Shown: positions 1 through 14,875, counted from the stretch's first letter. The stretch is DNA of 31,762 nt from Eledone cirrhosa (GCA_964016885.1 CAXHJY010001515.1:1-31762), one strand, 5' to 3'. Notes: generated from the sequence alone by a model not told the origin. Program-made: numbers and translations.

Positions 1-716
1 GATGTGTAACAGTAATATACGTGAACGGCAAAGCATAAACGAACTAAGGAAAAAATTAGAGATAAGAGGGATCAGATGTTGTTTACTCGAGAGAAGGCTA
101 CGTTGGTATGGACACGTGATGCGCATGAAAGTCGATAGCTGTATAACAAAGTGCAGGGCAATAAAGATAGACGGTAGTCACGGAATAGGCAGACCTAGAA
201 AAACCTGGGACGAGCTGATAAACTCCGACATCACACACTTACACCTCTCCAAGACAATGTCACTGGACCGAGACCTTTGGCGGTACTCAGTAACAGAGAA
301 GACCCGCCTTACCTAAATATATAGTAAAACCTACTCCAGCCAGTAGGCATCTCTAACAAAATACACCCCGTCCCACCACCACCACCCCCACCCGATCCAC
401 ACCACCCCGTTCTATGTAAAGTTATGTTGGTGCCGCGCCATCGAGGCCGAAACAAATGAGATCGTGTAGGTGTCACGACAAAAAAACACACAGTCCACGC
501 TGTAATGTGGCCGTGTAGGCAACACGGTAAAAACCTCCCAGACCCACACTGTAAATGTGGTTGGTGTTAGGAAGGGCATCCAACTGTAGAAAACCTGCCA
601 GACAGTCCTATGCGAGCAAGACAATCACTCTTGCCTCAAGTGGGACTACCCCCGTCCAAACCCATGCAAGCGTGGAACACGGACGTTAAACGTTGATGAT
701 GATGATGATGATGATG
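1..716 (+). mobile_element. RTE-clade LINE 3' part: ORF C-terminus, 3'UTR and (GAT)n tail; runs off the window start
   Basis: ORF 2-316 has RTE C-terminal motifs RRLRWYGHVMRM, GRPRKTW and DRDLWR. The 3'UTR ends GGACGTTAAACGTT(GAT)n at ~694-716. Bases 237-716 recur nearly identically at 28297-28768. Confidence 0.85.
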
Positions 717-910
717 GATATATATATATATATGGATATATATATATATATATATATGGATATATATATATATATATATGGATATATATATATATATATA
801 TGGATATATATATATATATATATGGATATATATATATATATATATGGGTATATATATATATATATGGATATATATATATATATGGATATATATATATAAA
901 AATATATCGA

Positions 911-1280
911 GGCACATGGCTTAGTGGTTAGAGTATTGGCCTTGCAATCGAAAGGTTGTGAGTTCAATTCTCAGACTGGGTGATGTGTTGTTTCCTTGAG
1001 CAAGGCACTTTATTTCACATTGCTCCAGTTTACTCAGCTGTAGAAATGAGATGATAGGGACTGGGATCCATATCAATCCACTGTAGAGTGGTCGTGGAGG
1101 TGCCACGGCAAAAAAGCACCCAGCCCACACTGTAAAGTGGACGTGTAGGCGCCACGAAAAAAAAAAAAGCACCCAGCACTCACTGTAAATGAGGTTGGTA
1201 TTAGGAAGGGCATCCAGCTGTAGAAATCCAGCCAGAATCAGTTCCCGTCCCACCCTTGTAAAATGAAATGAAATGATGAT
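911..1280 (+). mobile_element. tRNA-headed SINE copy 1 (tRNA-like head, CORE-like domain, RTE-derived tail)
   Basis: A box TGGCTTAGTGG at 917-927 and B box GTTCAATTC at 962-970. TTTCCTTGAGCAAGGCACTT resembles the CORE-SINE domain. The tail matches the RTE 3'UTR at ~27167-27317 and ends AAATGAAATGATGAT. Confidence 0.8.
917..970 (+). promoter_or_regulatory. Internal RNA polymerase III type-2 promoter (A and B boxes) of the SINE
   Basis: TGGCTTAGTGG fits the A-box consensus TRGCNNAGYGG. GAGTTCAATTC is close to the B-box consensus GGTTCRANNCC. Spacing is tRNA-like. Confidence 0.7.
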
Positions 1281-2033
1281 ATGGATATACATATATATAA
1301 ATATATATGGATATACATATATATAAATATATATGGATATACATATATATAAATATATATGGATATACATATATATAAATATATATGGATATACATATAT
1401 ATAAATATATATGGATATACATATAAATATATATGGATATGTATAGATATATATATATGTATATATGTATATATATGGATATGTATATATATGGATATGT
1501 ATAGATATATGGATATATGTATATATATATATGTATATATATATATGGATATATATGTATATATATATATGGATATATAATAAATATATATATATATATA
1601 TGGATATATAATATATATCCATATATATATACATATATATCCATATATATATACATACATATATATCCATATATATATATCCATATATATATACATATAT
1701 ATCCATATATATATATCCATATATATATCCATATATATCTATATATCCGGATATATATATGGATATATATATAGATATATATATGGATATATATATATAT
1801 ATATATGGATATATATGTATATATATATGGATATATATATATGGATATATATGTATATATATATGGATATATATGTATAGATATATGGATATATGTATAT
1901 ATATATATGTATATATATATGGATATATATATATGTATATATATATGGATATATATATATGTATATATATATGTATATATATATATATGGATATATATAT
2001 ATATATGGATTATATATATATATATATATATAT

Positions 2034-2069
<36 letters not shown>

Positions 2070-2105
2070 AGATATATATATATATATATATCCATATATA
2101 TATAT

Positions 2106-2141
<36 letters not shown>

Positions 2142-2355
2142 AGATATATATATATATATATATATATGGAGATATATATATATATATATATAAATATGGA
2201 TATATATATATGGATATATATATATATATATATGGATATATATATATATGGATATATATATATATATATGGATATATATATATATATGGATATATATATA
2301 TATGGATATATATATATATATGGATATATATATATATGGATATATATATATGGAT

Positions 2356-2386
<31 letters not shown>

Positions 2387-2473
2387 GGATATATATATAT
2401 ATTATATGGATATATATATATATATATATATATATGGATATATATATATGGATATATATATATATATATATAT

Positions 2474-2548
<75 letters not shown>

Positions 2549-2719
2549 ATATGGATATATAGATATATATATGGATATATATATATATATGGATATATAT
2601 ATATATATATATATGGATATATATATATATGGATATATATATATATATATATATATGGATATATATATATATGGATATATATATATATATATATATGGAT
2701 ATATATATATATGGATATA

Positions 2720-2772
<53 letters not shown>

Positions 2773-2819
2773 ATATATATTTATATATATATATATATAT
2801 ATGGATATATATGGATATA

Positions 2820-2872
<53 letters not shown>

Positions 2873-3065
2873 ATATATATATATATATATGGATATATAT
2901 ATATATATATATATATGGATATATATATATATATATATATATGGATATATATATATGTATATATGGATATATATATATATATATATATATATATGGATAT
3001 ATATATATATATATATATATGAATATATGTATATATATGGATATATATATATATATATATATATA

Positions 3066-3096
<31 letters not shown>

Positions 3097-3205
3097 GGAT
3101 ATATATATATATATATGTATATACTATATTATATATATATATATATATGGATATATATATATATGGATATATATTTATATATATATGGATATATATATAT
3201 ATATA

Positions 3206-3242
<37 letters not shown>

Positions 3243-3468
3243 ATATATATATATATGGATATATATTTATATATATATGGATATATATAAATATATATAT
3301 ATGGATATACATATATATATATATGGATATACATATATATATATATGGATATATATATATATATATGGATATATATATATATATATGGATATACATATAT
3401 ATATATATGGATATATATATATATATATGGATATATATATATATATATGGATATATATATATATATAT

Positions 3469-3536
<68 letters not shown>

Positions 3537-3945
3537 ATATATATATATATATATATATATGGATATATATATATATGGATATATATATATGGATATATAT
3601 ATATGGATATATATATATATGGATATATATATATATGGATATATATATATATATATATGGATATATATATATATATATATGGATATATATATATATATAT
3701 ATGGATATATATATATATATATATGGATATATATATATATATATATGGATATATATATATATATATATGGATATATATATATATATATATGGATATATAT
3801 ATATATATATATGGATATATATATATATATATATGGATATATATATATATATATATGGATATATATATATATATATATTTGGGTATATATATATATATAT
3901 GGATATATATATATATATGGATATATATATATAAAAATATATCGA

Positions 3946-4220
3946 GGCACATGGCTTAGTGTTAGAGTATTGGCCTTGCAATCGAAAGGTTGTGAGTTCA
4001 ATTCTCAGACTGGGTGATGTGTTGTTTCCTTGAGCAGGCACTTTATTTCACATTGCTCCAGTTTACTCAGCTGTAGAAATGAGATGATAGGGACTGGGAT
4101 CCATATCAATCCACTGTAGAGTGGTCGTGGAGGTGCCACGGCAAAAAAGCACCCAGCCCACACTGTAAATGAGGTTGGTATCCAGCCTGTAGAAATCCAG
4201 CCAGAATCAGTTCCCGTCCC
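3946..4220 (+). mobile_element. SINE copy 2, with internal deletions and a 3' truncation
   Basis: Near-identical to 911-1250. Lacks one internal CACCCAGC..CACTGTAAA unit and the TTAGGAAGGGCA segment. Confidence 0.8.
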
Positions 4221-4459
4221 ATATATGGATATATATATGGATATATATATATATATATTTATATATATATGTATATATATGTATATATATATGGATATAT
4301 ATATGGATATATATATGTATAGATATATGGATATATGTATATATATATATATGGATATATATATGGATATATGTATATATATATATATGGATATATATAT
4401 GTATATATGTATGTATATATATATGGATGTATGGATATATATATATATAAATATATGGC

Positions 4460-4490
<31 letters not shown>

Positions 4491-4527
4491 ATATATATAT
4501 GTATGTATATATATATAAATATATGGC

Positions 4528-4558
<31 letters not shown>

Positions 4559-5355
4559 ATATATATATATATATATATATATATATGGATATATATATGG
4601 ATATATATATGGATATATATATATATGGATATATATATGGATATATATATATATGGATATATATATGGATATATATATATATGGATATATATATATATAT
4701 ATGGATATATATACATATATATATGGATATATATATGGATATATGGAGCTATATATATATATAGATATATATATATATATATAGATATATATATATATAA
4801 TATATATAGATACTATATATATATATATATATATGGATATATATATGGATATATATATATATGGATATATATATGGATATATATATATACATATATATAT
4901 GGATATATATATATATGGATATATATATATATGGATATATATATATGGATATATATATGGATATATATATATATATGGATATATATATGGATATATATAT
5001 ATATGGATATATATATATATATATGGATATATATATGGATATATATATATATATGGATATATATATATATGGATATATATATATATATATATGGATATAT
5101 ATATATATGGATATATATATGGATATATATATATATATATGGATATATATATGGATATATATATATATATATATATGGATATATATATATATGGATATAT
5201 ATATATATATATATATGGATATATATATATATATGGATATATATATATATGGATATATAATATATATATATATGGATATATATATATATGGATATATATG
5301 GATATATATATATGGATATATATATATATGGATATATATGGATATATATATATGG

Positions 5356-5391
<36 letters not shown>

Positions 5392-5477
5392 GGATATATA
5401 TATATGTATATATATATATGGATATATATATATGGATATATATATATATATATATATATATATGGATATATATATAT

Positions 5478-5511
<34 letters not shown>

Positions 5512-5677
5512 ATATATATATATATAATATATATATATATGGATATATATATATATATATATGGATATATTATATATATATGGATATATATATATATATA
5601 TATGGATATATATATATATATATATGGATAATATATATATAAATATATACGGATATATATATATAAAAATATATCGA

Positions 5678-5974
5678 GGCACATGGCTTAGTGGTTAGAG
5701 TATTGGCCTTGCAATCGAAAGGTTGTGAGTGGGACTGGGATCCATATCAATCCACTGTAGAGTGATCGTGGAGGTGCCACGGCAAAAAAGCACCCAGCCC
5801 ACACTGTAAAGTGGACGTGTAGGCGCCACGAAAAAAAAAAAGCACCCAGCACTCACTGTAAATGAGGTTGGTATTAGGAAGGGCATCCAGCTGTAGAAAT
5901 CAAGCCAGAATCAGTTCCCGTCCCACCCTTGCAAGCAGGGAAAAGCGGACGTAAAAATGAAATGAAATGATGAT
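5678..5974 (+). mobile_element. SINE copy 3, with B box and CORE deleted and the most complete 3' end
   Basis: The head ends at GTGAGT (5730) and joins directly to GGGACTGGGA, about 94 bp missing relative to copy 1. It retains CCCACCCTTGCAAGCAGGGAAAAGCGGACGTAAAAATG. Confidence 0.8.
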
Positions 5975-6533
5975 ATGGATATACATATATATAAATATAT
6001 ATGGATATATATATATATGGATATATATAAATATATATGGATATATATATTCATATATATATATGGATATATAGATATATATGGAATATAGATATATATG
6101 GATATATATATATATGGATATATATGTATATATATATGGATATATATGGATATATATGTATATATGTATATATATATGGATATATATATGGATATATATG
6201 TATATATATATGGATATATATGGATTTATATATGGATATATATGTATATATATATGGATATATATATATGGATATATATATATATATATATATATATATG
6301 GATATATATATATGGATATATATGTATAGATATATGGATATATGTATATATATATGGATTATATATATGTGTATATATATATGGATATATATATATGGAT
6401 ATATATATATGGATATATATATGGATATATATATGGATATATATATATATATATATATATATATGGATATATATATATATATATATATATAGTATATAGG
6501 TATATATATATATATATGGATATATATATATAT

Positions 6534-6571
<38 letters not shown>

Positions 6572-6706
6572 TTATATATATATATATATGGTTATATATA
6601 TATATATATATATAACGAAGGAAATGTGGTAAGGAACCAGGTGGACCATAACGCACCAAAGTACTCAATACTTGAAGTAGTAGAGTGGGTAATAGGAACC
6701 AGTAAG

Positions 6707-6800
6707 ACCCCGACAGCTGAGCTCAAGCCGTTTCGACGGCTAATTCTGGACTAAATGAAAATTTATCCTGGTATTTAAATAGCCGATCTTCTCAAGGGGT
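6707..6800 (-). ncRNA. Type-I hammerhead ribozyme, U3-A8 core variant, GUC cleavage triplet
   Basis: Minus strand reads ACCCC-UUGAGAA-GAUCGGCUA...UAGCCGUC-GAAA-CGGCU-UGAGCUC-AGCUG-UC-GGGGU. Stem I is ACCCC/GGGGU, stem II is GA(U)CGGCUA/UAGCCGUC, stem III is ACGGCU/AGCUGU. Confidence 0.75.
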
Positions 6801-7666
6801 AATTCCATATATGGTCAAAGTGATTGTCAAAAATCAGTAGTAATTCTGTGGTTGCAAATTAGTAGGGGAGATGGTGGCTAAACCTGCCAGTAGGAGAAAG
6901 AGGGGAGGGGGTGGAGTAGACCCAATCAAGCGTTGGTAGTGCCAGCTACAGCTGGGCATGAGGTCAAAGAAGATACAGGGGAGGGGGAGGGGGAGGAAGT
7001 CGGAACGGTAGGTAGAACAATGGGGGGTAGAAATAGGAAAGAAAAAATACTGAGAGTGAAGAAAAGCAAATAAGTGTAAAGAAAAAAGTAAAGTAAATTA
7101 AATTCTACGACCTAGGTGTCAGGCTATTGTTAGGCGAGAATAAAATAAAGAAAGAAAGAAAGAAGTAAATAAATAAAGAAATAAAGAAATAAGTAAGAGA
7201 ACTAGGTGGGACGGATAAGGCAAGGACCCTTTTAAGAGGTATAAGTACGTAAATGATACGGTGACGGGTCAACAAAAGGGGCCAAAATACTAAAGAGACT
7301 ACCACGAAATAAACAATAAAGGTTTCCATCCCGGGCCAGCAACGACCCAGTGCAGCAAAGTGAACTTGTACGAGATAATAATTCTGAGTCCCGAGAAAAA
7401 TATATACTAATGCTAACTCTAAACGATCTAAAACAAGCTACATGAAAGTTCGTACCTACCGTTCCGACTTCCTCCCCCTCCCCCTCCCCTGTATCTTCTT
7501 TGACCTCATGCCCAGCTGTAGCTGGCACTACCAACGCTTGATTGGGTCTACTCCACCCCCTCCCCTCTTTCTCCTACTGGCAGGTTTAGCCACCATCTCC
7601 CCTACTAATTTGCAACCACAGAATTACTACTGATTTTTGACAATCACTTTGACCATATATAGAATT

Positions 7667-7760
7667 ACCCCTTGAGAAGATCGGCTATTTAAATACCAGG
7701 ATAAATTTTCATTTAGTCCAGAATTAGCCGTCGAAACGGCTTGAGCTCAGCTGTTGGGGT
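7667..7760 (+). ncRNA. Second, inverted copy of the variant hammerhead, GUU triplet
   Basis: ACCCC 7667-7671, TTGAGAA 7672-7678, GAAA 7733-7736, AGCTGTT then GGGGT 7756-7760. Confidence 0.7.
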
Positions 7761-7883
7761 CTTACTGGTTCCTATATATATATATATATATATATATGGT
7801 TATATATATATATGGTTATACATATATATATGGTTATATATATATATATATGGTTATATATATATATGGTTATATATATATAT

Positions 7884-7970
<87 letters not shown>

Positions 7971-8065
7971 TTATATATATATATGGATATATATATATAT
8001 ATATATATGGATATATATATATAATATATATATATGGTTATATATATATATGGATATATATATGG

Positions 8066-8108
<43 letters not shown>

Positions 8109-8180
8109 TTATATATATATATAGATATATATATATATATGGATATATATATATATATATATATGGTTATATATATATAT

Positions 8181-8300
<120 letters not shown>

Positions 8301-8739
8301 ATATATATATATATATATGGATATATATATATATATATGGATATATATATATATATATGGATATATATATATATATGGATATATATATATATATGGATAT
8401 ATATATATATATATGGGATATATATATATATATATGGATATATATATATATATATGGATATATATATATATATATGGATATATATATATATATATGGATA
8501 TATATATATATATGGATATATATATATATATGGATATATATATATATATGGATATATATATATATGGATATATATATATATATATGGATATATATATATA
8601 TATATGGATATATATATATATATGGATATATATATATATATGGATATATATATGGATATATATATATATATAGCTATATATATATATGGATATATATATA
8701 TATATATGGATATATATATGGATATATATATATATATAG

Positions 8740-8775
<36 letters not shown>

Positions 8776-9539
8776 ATCTATATATATATGGATCTATATA
8801 TATATGGATATATATATATATATATTGATATCTATATATATGGATATATATATATATATATATATGGATATCTATATATATGGATATATATATATGGATA
8901 TATATATATATGGATATATATGGATATATATATATATATGGATATATATATATATGGATATATATATGGATATATATATATATATGGATATATATATGGA
9001 TATATATATGGATATATATATATATATATATATATATGGATATATATATATATATGGATATATATATATATATGGATATATATATGGATATATATATATA
9101 TATGGATATATATATATATATGGATATATATATAAATGGATATATATATATATGGATATATATATATATGGATATATATATATATATATGGATATATATA
9201 TATATATATGGATATATATATATATATGGATATATATATATATATGGATATATATATATATATGGATATATATATATATGGATATATATATATATATATG
9301 GATATATATATATATATATGGATATATATATATATGGATATATATATATATATGGATATATATATATATATGGATATATATATATATATGGATATATATA
9401 TATATATATGGATATATATATATGGATATATATATATATATATTGATATCTATATATATGGATATATATATATATATATATGGATATCTATATATATGGA
9501 TATATATATATGGATATATATATATATGGATATATATGG

Positions 9540-9585
<46 letters not shown>

Positions 9586-9783
9586 GGATATATATATATA
9601 TATGGATATATATATATATATGGATATATATATGGATATATATATATATATGGATATATATATGGATATATATATATATATGGATATATATATGGATATA
9701 TATATGGATATATATATGGATATATATATATATATATATATATATATGGATATATATATATATATGGATATATATATATATAT

Positions 9784-9819
<36 letters not shown>

Positions 9820-10489
9820 ATATATATATATATATGGATATATATATATATATATGGATATATATATATATGGATATATATATATATGGATATATATATA
9901 TATGGATATATATATATATGGATATATATATATATGGATATATATATATATGGATATATATATATATATGGATATATATATATATATGGATATATATATA
10001 TATATATATGGATATATATATATATATATATATGGATATATATATATATATATATGGATATATATATATATATATATGGATATATATATATATATATGGA
10101 TATATATATATATATGGATATATATATGTGGATATGGATATATATATGTGGATATATATATATATATGGATATATATATATATATATATGGATATATATA
10201 TATATATATATGGTTATATATATATATATGGATATATATATATATATATATATGGTTATATATATATATATATGGATATATATATATATATGGATATATA
10301 TATATATATATGGATATATATATATATATATGGATATATATATATATATATGGATATATATATATATATATGGATATATATATATATATATGGTTATATA
10401 TATATATATGGTTATATATATATATATGGATATATATATATATATATGGTTATATATATATATATGGATATATATATATATATATGGAC

Positions 10490-10540
<51 letters not shown>

Positions 10541-10552
10541 CATATATATATG

Positions 10553-10706
10553 TCGTTTCTGAATTTGTTTAGCAAGATTCTTTATCTGAAAACGTGTGTT
10601 GAAACCGATATTGTTACACTTTAACAATTATTATAATATATTGAAGTGAAACAACTACTGCGTGTGTTTCTTATTGGCAACATGACCCTCCCAAAGTATA
10701 ACAATA
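10553..10706 (-). mobile_element. Short fold-back element, family FB2 (Penelope-like terminus related)
   Basis: Shares the ~55-bp tail and the arm TTGGCAACATGACCCTCCCAAAGTATAACAATA with 27581-27704, in opposite orientation. The other arm is reduced to TATTGTTACACTTT. Confidence 0.6.
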
Positions 10707-10828
10707 TATATATATGGATATATATATATGGATATATATATATATATATATGGATATATATATATATATATGGATATATATATATATGGATATATACGGA
10801 TGTGGATATATATGGATATACATATGTA

Positions 10829-10895
<67 letters not shown>

Positions 10896-11147
10896 ATATA
10901 TACGGATATGGATATATACGGATATGGATATATATGGATATACATATGGATATATATATATATGGATATATATATATATATATATATATATGGATATATA
11001 TATATATATGGATATATATTTATGGATATATATATATATATATTTATGGATATATATATATATATGGATATATATGGATATATATATATATATGGATATA
11101 TATATATATATATGGATATATATATATATATATGGATATATATATAT

Positions 11148-11181
<34 letters not shown>

Positions 11182-11293
11182 ATATATATATATGGATATA
11201 TATATATATATATATATATGGATATATATATATGGATATATGGATATGTATATATATATATATATATATATGGATATATGGATATATATATAT

Positions 11294-11463
<170 letters not shown>

Positions 11464-12440
11464 ATATATATATATATATATGGATATATATATATATATA
11501 TATGGATATATATATATATATATGGATATATATATATATATATATGGATATATATATATATATATATGGATATATATATATATATATATGGATATATATA
11601 TATATATATATGGATATATATATATATATATATGGATATATATATATATATATATGGATATATATATATATATATATGGATATATATATATATATATATG
11701 GATATATATATATATATATGGATATATATATATATATATATGGATATATATATATATATATGGATATATATATATATATATGGATATATATATATATATA
11801 TGGATATATATATATATATATATGGATATATATATATATATATATGGATATATATATATATATATGGATATATATATATATGGATATTTATATATATATG
11901 GATATATATATATATATGGATATATATATATATATGGATATTTATATATATATGGATATATATATATATATGGATATTTATATATATATGGATATATATA
12001 TATATATGGATATATATATATATATGGATATATATATATATATATGGATATTTATATATATATGGATATATATATATATATGGATATATATATATATATA
12101 TGGATATATATATATATATATGGATATATATATATATATATGGATATATATATATATATATGGATATATATATATATATATGGATATATATATATATATA
12201 TGGATATATATATATATATATGGATATATATATATATATATGGATATATATATATATATATATGGATATATATATATATATATATGGATATATATATATA
12301 TATGGCTATATATATATATGGATATATTTATATATATATGGATATATTTATATATATATGGATATATATATATATATGGATATATATATATATATGGATA
12401 TATATATATATATATGGATATATTTATATATATATGGATA

Positions 12441-12630
12441 TAGAAACGAGTAGGACCCCGACGGCTGAGCTCAAGCCGTTTCGACGGCTAATTCTGGTAG
12501 TCCAGAATTAGCCGTCGAAACGGCTTGAGCTCGGGATCCTACTCGTTCCTATTACCCACTCTACTACCCTAAGTATTGAGTACTTTGGTGCATTATGGCC
12601 TATCTGGTTCCTTACCACATTTCCTTCGTT
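12441..12630 (+). mobile_element. FB1 mini-element, internally collapsed into a hairpin
   Basis: Perfect 31-bp inverted arms 12467-12497 and 12502-12532 around TAGT. The tail ends CCACATTTCCTTCGTT, the reverse complement of the 6614 end. Confidence 0.75.
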
Positions 12631-12752
12631 ATATATGGATATATATATATATATATGGATATAGGAAAAAGTATATATATATGTATATATATATATATGG
12701 ATATATATGGATATATATATATATATGGATATATATATATATATATATGGCT

Positions 12753-12821
12753 ATCATCATCATCATCATCATCATCACGGTTTAACGTCCGTTCCTCCAT
12801 GCTAGCATGGGTTAGACGGAC
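12753..12821 (-). mobile_element. RTE 3' tip with (GAT)n tail
   Basis: Reverse complement reads CCGTCTAACCCATGCTAGCATGGAGGAACGGACGTTAAACCGT(GAT)n and matches ~27368-27428. Confidence 0.75.
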
Positions 12822-12959
12822 ATATATATATATATATATAAATGGATATATATATATATATAAATATATATATGGATATATATATATATAAATATATATG
12901 GATATATATATATGGATATATATATATGGATATATATATATGGATATATATATATATGG

Positions 12960-13043
<84 letters not shown>

Positions 13044-13669
13044 ATATATATATATATATGGATATATATATATATATGGATATATATATATATATGGATA
13101 TATATATATATATGGATATATATATATGGATATATATATATATATATGGATATATATATATATATGGATATATATATATATATATGGATATATATATATA
13201 TGGATATATATATATATGGATATATATATATATATATGGATATATATATATATATATGGATATATATATATATATGGATATATATATATATATATGGATA
13301 TATATATATATATATATGGATATATATATATATATATGGATATATATATATATATATGGATATATATATATATATATGGATATATATATATATATATGGA
13401 TATATATATATATATGGATATATATATATATATATGGATATATATATATATATGGATATATATATATATATATGGATATATATATATATATATGGATATA
13501 TATATATATATATGGATATATATATATATATATGGATATATATATATATATATGGATATATATATATATATATGGATATATATCTATATATGGATATATA
13601 TATATATGGATATATATATATATGTATATATATATGGATATATATATATATGTATATATATATATCTAT

Positions 13670-13704
<35 letters not shown>

Positions 13705-13732
13705 TCTATATATTTAGATATATATATATATA

Positions 13733-14698
13733 TATTGTTATACTTGGGGAGAGTCATATCTGTGTAATATTGCCAGAATTAATAACAGAACACACTCACT
13801 GTCTGGTTGGTTTTCGCTTTTCGCTTCTGTGTCTTTTATATCGGTAATCTAATTTATTCGGTCCTCAATGCTGCCATTGACTGACCAACGGTCAAAAATA
13901 ATGCAGATACAATATAGACACAAACACATATATATAGTTTATCAAAGTTCTTTCGTTGCACATCTGGAACAACGTCAGTGGTGCTATTGTTTCCTCCCAT
14001 TGCATTGTATTTTCTACGCCATCTTTATTTAGTCTGTTTATATATTTATTTATTGGTTTATTTTATTTTGTCTTCTTTGCGCATGTGTTTGTGTGTGTGT
14101 ATAGTGTTTTGTTTGATGTGTGTTCGTGATTGGGTGACTGTGTATTGGTTAATGTATTCTATCTTTACTACTGTGTGTTTATATGTGTTTGTTGTTATTG
14201 TGCTTGTGTATGTATTTATTTATTTATTTATTTATCTGTTTATTTATTTATATCTCTTAGGTCAGTGTTGTTTGTTTGGGTGTTGTTATTCCATTCATTC
14301 TTTCTGTTTAGCCTTGGCCTTCTAAGTTCTATTTCACTGGCCTCTCTGATTTGCCTATCTGCTGAGTCATTTCTATGTTTAGATATTATTGTTACCGTCG
14401 TGTTGTTGTCTGGCATGTTCGTATAGTACTGAACCGTTTTTTCGTCCTATTAGTTCCCCCCCAGTGTTTGTCTATCCGTTCACCGATGCTACGAGCTGTC
14501 TCACCTATGTATGTTATTGTCATGTTTCTGCAAGTACCCATTGTACATCTTTTGCTATAGACTACGTTTCTAGTTTTACAGTTTATCCGGGGGTTTACCT
14601 TACATATGATACATTTCCTATTAGTGCAGTGGGTTTTCTTAAAAGGGTAGGTTTTGCTGAGCAGGGATTTTATGGTGGTTCCTGGCTTTTCTACCACC

Positions 14699-14700
<2 letters not shown>
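13733..14700 (-). mobile_element. 5'-truncated Penelope-like retroelement: GIY-YIG C-terminus plus 3' region
   Basis: Coding remnant at ~14270-14700. The 3' end ...ATGACTCTCCCCAAGTATAACAATA runs into (TA)n. Confidence 0.8.
14270..14700 (-). pseudogene. Frameshifted GIY-YIG endonuclease domain of a Penelope-like element
   Basis: Reads KVVEKPG...CTNRKCIIC...[12 protein letters not shown]...[16 protein letters not shown]. Other frames continue [11 protein letters not shown] and DRQIREASEI...LNRKNEW, typical PLE GIY-YIG motifs with an upstream Cys-rich linker. Confidence 0.8.
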
Positions 14701-14787
<87 letters not shown>

Positions 14788-14875
14788 ATATATATATATA
14801 TATGGATATGGATATATATATATATATGGATATGGATATATATATATATATGGATATATATATATATATATATAT

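Larger units (their letters stand above)
6614..7775. mobile_element. Fold-back Penelope-like (pLTR-type) element, family FB1: ~320-bp inverted arms with hammerheads and a ~78-bp one-sided tail
   Basis: 6692-7014 is the near-perfect reverse complement of 7453-7775. The tail 6614-6691 occurs on the left only. The same termini recur at 12441-12630 and 24464-24666. Both flanks are (TA)n. Confidence 0.7.

Noticed and set aside
911-985. Functional tRNA gene (TGC anticodon-like loop)
   Set aside because: The acceptor and anticodon stems do not pair well, there is no terminator, and it continues into CORE-like and RTE sequence. It is a SINE head.
10584-10612. Hammerhead-like CTGAAAAC-GTGT-GTTGAAAC in the FB2 tail
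   Set aside because: The core lacks GA at positions 8-9, stems I and III are unconvincing, and it is antisense to the related PLE.
13978-14426. Hydrophobic membrane-protein-like ORFs
   Set aside because: Antisense translation of T/G-rich low-complexity PLE 3' sequence.
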